The notes under the pieces were generated by a model. It was not told the DNA's origin, ran no database searches, and saw only the letters and a program-made list of their open reading frames with translations. A DNA stretch of 64,000 nucleotides, from the NCBI GenBank assembly GCA_963846435.1, contig CAWJVX010000007.1:393325-457324 (forward strand), written 5' to 3'. Below, piece after piece: positions 37,264-47,204 of this stretch; within the stretch, counting starts at the first letter, position 1, and each line of letters starts with the position of its first letter. Source of the DNA: an uncultured Gemmatimonadales bacterium. Lineage in GTDB: Bacteria; Gemmatimonadota; Gemmatimonadetes; Gemmatimonadales; GWC2-71-9. The position numbers and the translations under genes are program-made.

Positions 37264-38984
37264 CAATAGCCCGCCCCGCCTCCCCCTCGCCGGGGATCGC
37301 TGACCCCCTGCCAGCCTGCCGGGGTCCGGATGATGGCCTCGACGTCGCCCCACAGCCCCCGGCTCGAGATGCCATGGCCGCGGCGCCTGAGGCTGTCCAG
37401 CACCACCGGCAGAAATCCTTCGCTCTCGATCTGAAGGCTGTCGGGCAGCCCCTGATGATGGTTTCGGGGCGCCTCGATCGCGTGGGCCAGTGACATCCGG
37501 TGGTCGATCACGTTGGAGATGACGTGATAGACCATGGTGATGATCTTGGGTCCGCCCGGTGTGCCCACGACCATGTACAGCTGCTTGTCGCGGTCCAGCA
37601 CGATGCTCGGCGTCATGGCCGACAGCATCCGTTTCCCGGGCGCGATCGCATTCGCTTCACCCTGCACCAGCCCGTACATGTTTGGCTGGCCCGGTGAGGT
37701 AGCGAAGTCGTCCATCTCATCGTTGAGCAGGAAGCCAGCGCCCGTCACGGTGACTGCGCTGCCGTAGCTGTTGTTGAGCGTCGTCGTGCAGCTGACCGCA
37801 TTCCCTTCCGCGTCCACCACCGAGTAATGCGTCGTGGAGGCGCCGGTGGGAGCGCCCGGCTCGAACGTAGGCGTGACCGAGGCCTGCTCGCCGATCTGTT
37901 TGCGCAGTTCTGCGGCGTAATCCTTCGAGAGAAGGCGCTCCACCGGGTTCTGGACGAACCCGGGATCGCCGAGGTAGCGATTGCGGTCGGTAAATGCCCG
38001 CCGCATTGCTTCGGCTTCACGGTGCATCAGGGCCACGGATCCAAACGGAGGTAGCGGGTCGTAGCCCTCCATGATGTTCAGGATTTCACCCATCGTCACC
38101 CCGCCCGATGAGGCGGGTGGCATCGAGTAGATGGTATGCCCGCGATAAGAGATGGCGATGGGCTCCCGCCAGATGGCCCGGTAAGCGGCGAGATCCTCCC
38201 GGCTGATCAGCCCGCCGCCGCGCTCCATCTCGGCCACGATGAGGTCGGCCACCCAGCCGCGATAGAAGCCGGCGGCTCCACTGTCCCGAACCGCCTCCAG
38301 GGTGCCGCCCAACTCCGGCTGTCGGAAGGTCGAGCCCGGCGGCGGCGGCTGGTCGTTCGGGAGAAAGGTCGTGCGGGATGCCGGGAAGAGGACCAATCGC
38401 GCGCTGTCTTCCCCGATCGAGCGGCTGCGGTATTCGTCGATGACGAATCCCTCATGGGCCAGTCGAATCGCGGGCTCGATCACGGCGGAAAGCGGAAGCC
38501 GGCCATATCTGCGGTGTGCCTCGGTCAAGCCGGCGACGGCGCCGGGCACTCCCGCGGACAGGTGGCCCGTCACGCTCGCCTCGGCGTCGCCGGAGAGATA
38601 CATGTCGCGGGAAGCGCGGCGATGGCGCCGTCTCGCGATAATCGAGCGTCTGCACCTCGCCATTCGCGGAGGCGAATGACCATGAATCCGCCGCCGCCGA
38701 TGTTTCCGGCTTCGGGGTGGACCACGGCCAGGGCAAAGCCAACCCCGACGGCCGCGTCTACCGCATTGCCGCCTTGCCGCAGGATCTCTCTGCCCACATC
38801 GCTGGCGATCGGGCTGCCCGACACCACCAAGGCGGTAGGCGCTTCGACCACCCGCGCCTTGCCGCCGAAAGTCCAGGAAGGCGCCACTCCAGCCACCGGG
38901 CTGATGCCGGAGGGTGCTGACGCGGGCGCAGCCGGGCGACAGGAGGATCAGGGCCAGCAGCAGGCTAGCAGCAGGTATGCGCAC
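37263..38984 (-). pseudogene. ggt: gamma-glutamyltransferase, N-terminal region split over three reading frames
   Basis: Main frame carries a signal peptide ([18 protein letters not shown] from GTG 38984) and residues from SRDMYL onward, including the TTHYSVVD nucleophile region. [53 protein letters not shown] is in ORF 38570..38896. [14 protein letters not shown] is in ORF 38452..38742. Confidence 0.7.
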
Positions 38985-39091
38985 ACGAGCTCCGTGAAAA
39001 AATTGGAAGGTGGTGCGGAGTTGCCACGAACCTCGCACGTCTCCTAATTTAGCCTGAGGCTGACGCTTGGATACTCCTATCCTTTGCTCGC

Positions 39092-40018
39092 GTGGCTGAC
39101 GACTTCCACGACACGCGCCTGACCGAACGGCGCAACCCCCGAAGCACTGCCATCGATACCGCTTCCGCCCTCGAGATCGTCGATCTCATCGGCGCCGAGG
39201 ACGCCGGTGTGCCCGCGGCGGTGGCCAAGGCCCGGGCCGAGATCGCGCGCGCCATCGATCTGGTAGAGGCAGCGTTCCGTGCCGGAGGTCGGCTGGTCTA
39301 CGTGGGCGCCGGGACCAGCGGCCGGCTTGGTGTGCTCGATGCCGCTGAGTGCCCCCCGACCTTCGGCACCCCACCCGAGATGGTCGTCGGCCTGATTGCC
39401 GGTGGGGCGCCGGCGCTGGTCCGCTCGGTCGAGGGCGCTGAAGACGACGTAGCAGCCGTGGTGCGGGAGCTGAACTCCCTCGGCGTTGGGAGCAAGGACG
39501 TGGTGGTCGGCATTGCCGCCAGCGGAACGACGCCGTATGTAGGGGCGGCACTCGCCCGGGCCCAGGCCCTCGGGGCCCGGACGGTATTTCTTTCCTGTAG
39601 CCAGCCGGCGGACCGGCTGCGGGAAAGCTGCGACGTGTGCATCACTGTTCTCGTCGGCCCCGAAATCGTCACGGGGTCCACTCGCATGAAGGCGGGCACC
39701 GCCACGAAGCTGGTGCTGAACACCCTGACGACAGGGGCCATGATCAGACTGGGGAAGACCTATGGCAACCTGATGGTGGATCTGAGAGCCTGGAACGACA
39801 AGCTGGTGGATCGGAGCCAGCGCATCGTGATGGAGGCCGCAGGGCTGGACCGCGGTGCCGCACAAAAGGTCATCGACGCGGCCGAGGGCAGCGTGAAGAC
39901 CGCGATCGTGATGGCCCGGCGTGGAGTCCAGAAGGGCGAGGCTGAGCGATTGCTGGCCGAGCACGCTGGGCGGCTGCGGCCAATCGTGGGCGATCCTCCA
40001 CCGGTGCGGACGAAATGA
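39092..40018 (+). CDS. murQ: N-acetylmuramic acid 6-phosphate etherase
   Basis: SIS-domain motif YVGAGTSGRLGVLDAAECPPTFG and TGSTRMKAGTATK. GTG start. Confidence 0.9.
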   Translation: MADDFHDTRLTERRNPRSTAIDTASALEIVDLIGAEDAGVPAAVAKARAEIARAIDLVEAAFRAGGRLVYVGAGTSGRLGVLDAAECPPTFGTPPEMVVGLIAGGAPALVRSVEGAEDDVAAVVRELNSLGVGSKDVVVGIAASGTTPYVGAALARAQALGARTVFLSCSQPADRLRESCDVCITVLVGPEIVTGSTRMKAGTATKLVLNTLTTGAMIRLGKTYGNLMVDLRAWNDKLVDRSQRIVMEAAGLDRGAAQKVIDAAEGSVKTAIVMARRGVQKGEAERLLAEHAGRLRPIVGDPPPVRTK

Positions 40019-41127
40019 CCGAGCGCCCTACACTGGCGGTGGGACTGATGTCGGGAACCTCACTCGACGGGGTGGATGCCGCGCTGGTGCGGTTCAACGG
40101 CCCCACCCACGCTACCCTCCTCGATTTCGTCACCCGGCCCTACACCGACGAAGAACGGGCCGAGATCCGCAATGCGTTCAACGGCGCCACCGCCCCCACA
40201 CTCGCGCGGCTGCACGTTCGGGTAGCGGAATGGGCCGCGGAGGCGGTCCAGACCGTGCTGATCCAGGCCAAGGTGCCGGCATCCGATCTATCCCTCATCG
40301 CATTTCCTGGACAGACCATCTGGCATGAGCCGCCGCTGGTGTCCTGGCAGCTGGGCGAGCCGGCCGTCCTGGCCGAGCGGTTTGGGGTGAGCGTGGTGAG
40401 CGGCTTTCGCGCCCGCGATGTGGCGGCGGGCGGGCAGGGGGCTCCACTGGTGCCGATGGCCGATGTGCTCCTGTTCGCCTCCGCGGATACGCCTCGCGTG
40501 CTGCTCAACCTCGGCGGGATGGCCAACCTCACCTACGTGGAGCGGCGCGCCCAGGAGGAAGGCGTGTTCGCGTTCGATACCGGTCCGGGCGTGGCGGTGA
40601 TCGATGCGGTGGCCCGCATGGTGGACCAGCGTCGCTCCTACGATCGAGACGGCAAGATCGCGGCACAGGGTACCGTGCAGGAGGACGTACTCGCCCCTCT
40701 CCTGACCGACCCGTTCTTCGCCGCCCCGCCGCCCAAGAGCACCGGTCGTGAGCGGTTCGGCGACCAGTATGCCCGCGAGCTGCACCAGCGGTCGCCAGGC
40801 CCCGACGGCGTGGCTACTGCGGTAGAGCTCACCGCCCGCACCGTGGCCGACGCGGTTGGGCGGTGGACGCCGGCCGGAGTCGAAGTGGTGGCCTCGGGTG
40901 GAGGATGTCATCACCCCGGGCTCATGGCGTCGCTGGGTCGTCAGCTCGCCGCCCGGGGCAATCATCCGCTTCGCCGATTTGACGAGCTCTTCTTTCCGGG
41001 CGATGCCAAGGAGGCGGTGGCCTTTGCCCTGCTCGGCTACCTCACGCTGCACGGGCAGCCCGGCAACGTTCCCGCGGCGACCGGCGCCGGAGGATCACGG
41101 GTGCTCGGGGCGGTAACTCCTCCATGA
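40015..41127 (+). CDS. anmK: anhydro-N-acetylmuramic acid kinase
   Basis: GLMSGTSLDGVDAALV N-terminus, NLGGMANL, FDTGPG. ATGA overlap with murQ. Confidence 0.9.
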   Translation: MTERPTLAVGLMSGTSLDGVDAALVRFNGPTHATLLDFVTRPYTDEERAEIRNAFNGATAPTLARLHVRVAEWAAEAVQTVLIQAKVPASDLSLIAFPGQTIWHEPPLVSWQLGEPAVLAERFGVSVVSGFRARDVAAGGQGAPLVPMADVLLFASADTPRVLLNLGGMANLTYVERRAQEEGVFAFDTGPGVAVIDAVARMVDQRRSYDRDGKIAAQGTVQEDVLAPLLTDPFFAAPPPKSTGRERFGDQYARELHQRSPGPDGVATAVELTARTVADAVGRWTPAGVEVVASGGGCHHPGLMASLGRQLAARGNHPLRRFDELFFPGDAKEAVAFALLGYLTLHGQPGNVPAATGAGGSRVLGAVTPP

Positions 41128-42569
41128 CAAACGGAATTCCCGCGTCGGTGAACCCGGCCAGGCTGATCATGCCTGCCCTCCGGTCGGACGCCTTGAGCGG
41201 CTTTGCCCACGAGGCCGGACGGATCGCCGATACGCTCGAGATCGGCGTCGGCGGCTACATCATCTTCGGGGGAACGGCGGAAAGTGTGCGCCGCCTGACC
41301 GCCGACCTGCTCCGGCGAGCGGGCCGCCCCCTTCTGCTCGCATCCGACCTCGAGCGCGGAGCGGGCCAGCAGGTTGCCGGCCTGACCGAATTCCCCCCGC
41401 CGATGGCGCTCGCCTTTCTCCGCGACCCGGCAGTGGTTCGCTGGGCGGCCTCGGTCACGGCGCAGGAGGCGCGGGCCGTCGGGATAAACTGGGTCTTTGC
41501 CCCGGTGGCCGATCTCGACCTGCTGGCAGAGAACCCCATCGTGCAGACCCGCGCCTTCGGTGCCGATCCCGAGGAAGTCGCTACCTATGTGCGCCACTGG
41601 ATCGAGGGCTGCCAGGCCGCGGGCGCGCTCGCCTGTGCCAAGCACTATCCCGGCCACGGTCGCACCGCGGTGGATTCCCACGTCGCGCTGCCGGTGGTGG
41701 AAGCCCCGGCAACGGCGTTGCGCGCCACAGACCTCGTCCCTTTCACCGTCGCCATCGCGAGCGGGGTGGCTTCGATCATGACGGCGCACGTGGCCTACCC
41801 GGCACTGGACAGCTCCGGACTCCCGGCCACGCTCTCCCGCACTCTACTCGGCGAGCTTCGCAGCACCGGACGATTCGATGGCCTGGTGGTGACCGATGCT
41901 CTCATCATGGACGGTGCCCTGGTCGGCCGCCGTGAGTCCGATGCCGCCGTCGAAGCGATTCAGGCCGGCGCGGACCTGTTGCTCTATCCCAATGACGCCC
42001 GGCGAGTCCGGGATGCTCTGGAGGGAGCGCTCTCCAGTGGCGCCCTGGGAAGAGACCGCCTGAATGAGTCCTTCCGCCGCTACGACCGTGCCCTGGCCGC
42101 CGCGTCGGGTGCGACGCCTCCGGTCACCCGGGGGCCGTTCGAGTCGGCCGATGCCCTGGCCGACGCCCTGCTGAAGCAGGGGATGATGGCGCGACGCCCG
42201 GCTCCGTCACTGACAGGGCCCCTGGATCTGGTAGTGGTGGACGACGATATCGGCGGTCCGTTCCCGCCGGGGCCGAGCGACTACGTTCAGCGGACGCTGG
42301 GACCCGAGCTGACCGGGCGCTATGGGGGAGGCTCGCGAGTGTTGCTGGTCTTCGCCGAGCCTCGAGCCTGGAAGGGCCGGTCAGGGTTCGGCCCCGGCAC
42401 CAGGGAGGCCCTGGCTCATCATGCGCCTGGCGCCGATCTGATTGTGCTCTTCGGCCACCCGCGTCTCGCCACAGAGCTGCCCAGCAAGGCCCCCGTCCTC
42501 CTCGCCTGGCATCGGCAGCGGCTGATGCAGGACGCCGTGGCGCGCTGGCTGGGCCAACGGCTGAGCTAA
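41124..42569 (+). CDS. nagZ: beta-N-acetylhexosaminidase (GH3, NagZ-like)
   Basis: GINWVFAPVADL, CAKHYPGHG and VVTDAL motifs. ATGA overlap with anmK. Confidence 0.85.
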   Translation: MTNGIPASVNPARLIMPALRSDALSGFAHEAGRIADTLEIGVGGYIIFGGTAESVRRLTADLLRRAGRPLLLASDLERGAGQQVAGLTEFPPPMALAFLRDPAVVRWAASVTAQEARAVGINWVFAPVADLDLLAENPIVQTRAFGADPEEVATYVRHWIEGCQAAGALACAKHYPGHGRTAVDSHVALPVVEAPATALRATDLVPFTVAIASGVASIMTAHVAYPALDSSGLPATLSRTLLGELRSTGRFDGLVVTDALIMDGALVGRRESDAAVEAIQAGADLLLYPNDARRVRDALEGALSSGALGRDRLNESFRRYDRALAAASGATPPVTRGPFESADALADALLKQGMMARRPAPSLTGPLDLVVVDDDIGGPFPPGPSDYVQRTLGPELTGRYGGGSRVLLVFAEPRAWKGRSGFGPGTREALAHHAPGADLIVLFGHPRLATELPSKAPVLLAWHRQRLMQDAVARWLGQRLS

Positions 42570-43795
42570 CTGCTCCGGCTAGCCCCTTTGATCCACGGAA
42601 GGAGGGCAAAGGCGGGAAGCGCCAGAAGGAACGTCAGAAAGAAATACCGCCCGTAGCCCAGGTTTTCCGCCAGCACTCCCGAGGCTCCTCCTGCCAGCGT
42701 CCGGCTCAGCGCCAACACTGCGGACAGCACCGCGAACTGGGTCGCTGCGTAGCGCCGCTCGCAGACCGACATCAGAAAGGCCAGGAAAGCCGCGGTCCCC
42801 AGTCCGTGGGCAAAGTTCTCGAACAGCGCCGCACCGATGATCAACGGCTTCGAGGCCGGCACCGTGGCCACGGCTGCATAGCCCAGGCTCGACAGCGCCT
42901 GGAGCAGCCCGAGGGTCCAGAGGCCGCGAAAGATTCCCAGCCGGGTCGTGAGCAGCCCACCGAGCACCGCACCCGACACCGTGGCGATGATGCGACCGGG
43001 TGTGAGGACGGCCCCAATTTCCTCCAGAGTGAAGCCCCGATCGACCCAGAACGGCCGTGTCATGGGCTCCATGGCGTAGATGTCCATCTTGAACAGGAGC
43101 GCAAAGAGCACCACGGCCCAGATCTGCGGTCGGGAGAGCAGCTCCCGCAGCGGCTCCCAGATCGACATGGCCGTGGCCACCGTCCGCTTGGGCTCGGGGA
43201 TAAAGAGCGCGGCGGCGGCGAGCGCGCCCACCAAGGTCGCTCCGACAAGGAACGAGGCCGGCCATCCTTGCCGGCCGGCGAGCCAGATCAGCAGGCCACC
43301 CGCGGTGAACATCGATACCCGGTACGCGGCGATCCGGACCGAGTTGGCCACCCCCAGCTCGCGCGTGGTGGTGGCCTCGATGGTGTAAGCATCGATGGCG
43401 ATATCCTGGGTGGCCGACAGGGTGACCATCAGCACCAGAATCAGCCAGAACCATCGCGCCAGCTCGCTGAGCTGCATGGTGCCCAGCACCAGGGTCAGGA
43501 GCGTCAGGCCGGCGAGGCAGCCGACAATCCACTGCCTCCGGCTGCCGATCCGGTCCACCAGCGGTGCCCAGATAAACTTGAATGTCCAGGGAAAACTGAC
43601 GGCGCTGATCAGACCGATCTCGACCAGGCCTGCGCCGTGGGTGCGCAGATACACCGGCAGCGTTTCGTTCACCAGCCCGAAGGGAAAGCCCGACGCAAAA
43701 GAAAGCGCGGCCAGCCATGCCAGCCGCACCCGCAAGGGAGCGTCTACTCCGGCCGGCTCCGCCTGCTCAGTGGCTGGAGACGAGCCTACCGCCAC
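42566..43795 (-). CDS. ampG: AmpG-family muropeptide MFS permease
   Basis: 12-TM MFS. N-terminal FASGFPFGLVNETLPVYLR and WAPLVDR motifs typical of AmpG. Confidence 0.8.
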   Translation of the reverse strand: MAVGSSPATEQAEPAGVDAPLRVRLAWLAALSFASGFPFGLVNETLPVYLRTHGAGLVEIGLISAVSFPWTFKFIWAPLVDRIGSRRQWIVGCLAGLTLLTLVLGTMQLSELARWFWLILVLMVTLSATQDIAIDAYTIEATTTRELGVANSVRIAAYRVSMFTAGGLLIWLAGRQGWPASFLVGATLVGALAAAALFIPEPKRTVATAMSIWEPLRELLSRPQIWAVVLFALLFKMDIYAMEPMTRPFWVDRGFTLEEIGAVLTPGRIIATVSGAVLGGLLTTRLGIFRGLWTLGLLQALSSLGYAAVATVPASKPLIIGAALFENFAHGLGTAAFLAFLMSVCERRYAATQFAVLSAVLALSRTLAGGASGVLAENLGYGRYFFLTFLLALPAFALLPWIKGASRSS

Positions 43796-44862
43796 ACGGT
43801 GAGGAGAAGCAGGAGCACACCCATGATGATCAGGACGAGGGCCAGGGAGCGGATTCGATCCATCGGAGATGCGTAGTCGGACACCGGCTCGTCCCGGGCC
43901 TCGCTGAGGAGATCGCCCGGACCATCGTCCGCGCCAATTGGCCTCAGGTCGGGAACCGTGGTGGTTTGTGTCGGGTGGAAGGCCTGGTGGCCGACGCCGT
44001 CGTCGCCGTTGGCCACGGGCAGTCCCTCTCCATCGAAGTGGGCCGCGACTACGGTGATGTTGTCGGGGCCACCGCGCGCGTTAGCCAGATCGATGAGAGC
44101 GGAACACAGAGCGGGAAGGTCGCTGTGTTTCGCTGCCATCTGCGCGAACTCTTCCTTCCGCACCAGACCGGACAGACCGTCGGAGCAGAGGATCAGGGTA
44201 TCGCCCCGCCGGATGGGCTGGTGGGTGAGGTCCACCTTGATGCGCGGATCGGGGCCGAGCGCCTGGAGGATGATATTGCGCCGCTCGCTCTGCTCTGCCT
44301 CGTCCGCGGTTAGCTCCCCCGCGTCGACCAGCCGTTGCATCAGGCTTTGATCCTTGGTGAGCTGCACCGCGTCCTTCCCTCGGACCAGGTATGCCCGGCT
44401 GTCACCGATCTGAGTGAGGTAGAGGTCGCCGCCGAACATGCCTGCGGCGGTCACGGTGGTGCCCATGCCCCGTACTTCGGGGTGCTCGCGGGCGTAGGAG
44501 TAGATCTGCGTATTGGCCAGCTCGACCGCCTCGCGCATTCGGTGGGCGAACTGATCGGGGGTGGCTTGGACATCGGTAGCCCAGGCGGTAGCCATGTGGC
44601 GGTAGATCAGATCGGCGGCCATGGCGCTGGCCAGCTCACCCGCGGCGGCGCCACCCATGCCATCTGCTACCATGAAGAGCGAGCCGCGCGGACCGATCTC
44701 ATGCCGGCGGACTTCCGGTTGGAGGCTGGCGTTTCCAGTGCTCAGGTCCGCGACGAGGAAGGTGTCCTCGTTGTGATCGCGGGTGCGGCCGAGATCGGTC
44801 TTGCCGAAGACGCAGACTCGCACCCCGCCGCCGTTCACGCGCTCCTCGGAAAGATGTAGCAC
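43786..44862 (-). CDS. PP2C-family Ser/Thr protein phosphatase with C-terminal membrane anchor
   Basis: GRTRDHNED, FMVADGMGG, LCSDGL and GGPDNITVV motifs. C-terminal TM LALVLIIMGVLLLLL. Confidence 0.9.
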   Translation of the reverse strand: MLHLSEERVNGGGVRVCVFGKTDLGRTRDHNEDTFLVADLSTGNASLQPEVRRHEIGPRGSLFMVADGMGGAAAGELASAMAADLIYRHMATAWATDVQATPDQFAHRMREAVELANTQIYSYAREHPEVRGMGTTVTAAGMFGGDLYLTQIGDSRAYLVRGKDAVQLTKDQSLMQRLVDAGELTADEAEQSERRNIILQALGPDPRIKVDLTHQPIRRGDTLILCSDGLSGLVRKEEFAQMAAKHSDLPALCSALIDLANARGGPDNITVVAAHFDGEGLPVANGDDGVGHQAFHPTQTTTVPDLRPIGADDGPGDLLSEARDEPVSDYASPMDRIRSLALVLIIMGVLLLLLTVWR

Positions 44863-45024
44863 CTCCGGTGATGGGCTGAGCGGGGGCTGGCTGCCAGGGG
44901 AAGAGTCAGAGGGTGGTCCCTCCCGCGGTCATGGCGAGTTCCAGGTCTGACGAATCTAGGAAGCGCCGGCGGGAGCGTCAACGTCGTCTTGGCGTAAGTT
45001 CTGGTCCCTGTGTACTTTGCAGCC

Positions 45025-47181
45025 ATGCTTGTCTCTCGCGCATCCGGCTGGGCGCTGTGGCTCGCTCTGGCGGCGCCGGCCTGCTCTCCTGAATCGAATT
45101 CCTCGCCCGCACCTCGCATCGTGGCACAATCGGAGCCTACAGCTCTCGAATCGCGCCTCAGCCACTCGGTGCTGCACTCCGCCCCCAGGGTGCAGGATCC
45201 GATCGGCCTTCGGGTAATCTACCCCGCGCCGACCGATCTGGTTCGGGCGCGAGATTCCAGCTTTCTGTTCGGATCGGTCGCCGACGGAAAGACCAAGGTT
45301 ACGATCAACGGCCAGCCGGTGCGGGTCTGGCCCAATGGGGCCTGGCTGGCCTGGATCCCGTTCCCGCCCGACAGCGTCATGCACTTCACCATCGAGGCAC
45401 GCGCAGGGCAGGATTCAGCGGTCCTGGTGTATCCGGTGCACCGGGACAGAGGCTCTCTCCCGCGGGAGGTGCGCGAGGGGCGCGCATGGGTCGACTCAGT
45501 GTCGCTGTTGCCCCAGGGTCAGGTCTGGCTGCCCCGGAACGAGTACCTGACCCTCTCGACCCGCGCGGTGGAAGGCGCGGACGTTCGGGTGCGTCTTCCC
45601 GGCGGCAGCGTCGTGCCGCTGCTCCCCCAGAGCCAGGCCAAAGAGGTGCTTCCGGCGCTGAGGGCCTTCGATCGGGATACGACCAGGCTTCGCACCCCCG
45701 AGGAGGTGCGATACGTCGGTGTGATCCGGGGACGGGCCTTTGGTCCCGACGCCGGTCCCGTCCTGCGTGGCCCTTCTGCGGCGCTGGTCCGAGTGCTGGC
45801 GCGGGCCGCGGTGCGCTGCGTTACCGGGGCGCGCTGTCCGGCTCCCTATGCCGAGCTGGTCGCGCCCGACAGCTCCTGGGCCGTGGTGGAGGCGGTCCTC
45901 GGGCAGGATACCGTGCGGCTGCGCTGGCCTCTCCAGGTTGCGCTGCTCGACACGCTGCCGGTGATCACCGAGTTTGACGACGACACGGCCGGGCCGGGAA
46001 ATACCGACAGCATCACACCCGGCCGCGCCACGCCGGGCGGCGCCTATGCCTGGTTCTTTCCGACCGGCACCCGCGCACCCGTAACCGGCCGGGTGAATGA
46101 CGATCTTCGTGTCCGGCTCTCGCCCGGATCCGAGGCGTGGGTGCCAATCGCCGACGCCCGACCGCTTCCCGTCGGACTGCCGGAGCCGCGGGCGGTGGTG
46201 GGTTCCGTCACCCTCACCCCCTCAAAGGATCGAAGCACCTTGCGGATCCCGTTGACCCAGCGGGTTCCCTTCCAGATTGCGGAGGACGAGCGAAGTCTCG
46301 CCATCACATTCTTCAGCGCGGTGGCAGACGTGGACTGGATGCGATACGGAACCGACTCCCTGGTGCGACGGCTCAGCTGGGCCCAGCCGCAGCGCCAGGA
46401 GGTGAGGCTGACGGTGGAGCTGTCGGCACCGGTCTGGGGCTATCGCGCGCGCTGGAGCCGAAACGACCTGCTGCTCGAGGTCCGGCGCCCGCCGAGGGTC
46501 CTGGCCAAGGACCCGTTGCGCGGCCGAGTGATCGCCATCGATCCGGGACATCCGCCTCTGGGCGCCACCGGACCCACGGGCTTGCGCGAGGCGGAGGCCA
46601 ATCTGGCTGTGGCGCTTCAGCTGCGAGCGCTGCTCGAGGCGGCGGGCGCGCGGGTGAGGATGACCCGCACCACCGATTCCGCCGTGGATCTCTGGCCCCG
46701 AGTGGCCCTGGCCGAAAGCAGCGGGGCGGAACTGCTGGTTTCCATTCACAACAATGCCTTGCCCGACGGGATCAACCCCTTCACCAACAATGGGACCAGC
46801 GTATTCTATAATCAGCCCCGGAGTGTATCGTTGGCATCCGCCATTCAGCGGTCGCTCGTTCGACGGCTCGGCTTGCCGGACTTGGGGATCAGCCAGGCCG
46901 ACTTGGCGGTGGTTCGGGCGACATGGATGCCCTCGGTGCTGGTGGAGGGAATGTTCATCATCATGCCGGAGCAGGAGGCTGCCCTGCGGTCTCCGGCTGG
47001 AACGCGACGGTATGCTCGAGGGGTGTATGAGGGAATCCGAGCCTTCCTCCAGGACCAGGCCCGAAACCAGGCCCAGGCCGGTGTGGGCCGGTCGGGATCA
47101 GGGGCGTCTCCTAAGGCGAATCCATCCCCATCGCTCCACGCGCCCGGAGCCGGCGCCACGGACGGCGGTGTTGCCCACTAA
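45025..47181 (+). CDS. N-acetylmuramoyl-L-alanine amidase (Amidase_3 domain) with about 480-aa N-terminal extension
   Basis: Signal/lipobox LALAAPAC. C-terminal VIAIDPGHPPLGATGPTGLREAEANL...LVSIHNNA...VLVEGMF. GTG 45010 is an alternative start. Confidence 0.85.
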   Translation: MLVSRASGWALWLALAAPACSPESNSSPAPRIVAQSEPTALESRLSHSVLHSAPRVQDPIGLRVIYPAPTDLVRARDSSFLFGSVADGKTKVTINGQPVRVWPNGAWLAWIPFPPDSVMHFTIEARAGQDSAVLVYPVHRDRGSLPREVREGRAWVDSVSLLPQGQVWLPRNEYLTLSTRAVEGADVRVRLPGGSVVPLLPQSQAKEVLPALRAFDRDTTRLRTPEEVRYVGVIRGRAFGPDAGPVLRGPSAALVRVLARAAVRCVTGARCPAPYAELVAPDSSWAVVEAVLGQDTVRLRWPLQVALLDTLPVITEFDDDTAGPGNTDSITPGRATPGGAYAWFFPTGTRAPVTGRVNDDLRVRLSPGSEAWVPIADARPLPVGLPEPRAVVGSVTLTPSKDRSTLRIPLTQRVPFQIAEDERSLAITFFSAVADVDWMRYGTDSLVRRLSWAQPQRQEVRLTVELSAPVWGYRARWSRNDLLLEVRRPPRVLAKDPLRGRVIAIDPGHPPLGATGPTGLREAEANLAVALQLRALLEAAGARVRMTRTTDSAVDLWPRVALAESSGAELLVSIHNNALPDGINPFTNNGTSVFYNQPRSVSLASAIQRSLVRRLGLPDLGISQADLAVVRATWMPSVLVEGMFIIMPEQEAALRSPAGTRRYARGVYEGIRAFLQDQARNQAQAGVGRSGSGASPKANPSPSLHAPGAGATDGGVAH

Positions 47182-47204
47182 GTGCAGGTGACGAGGTTTG
47201 GCTG

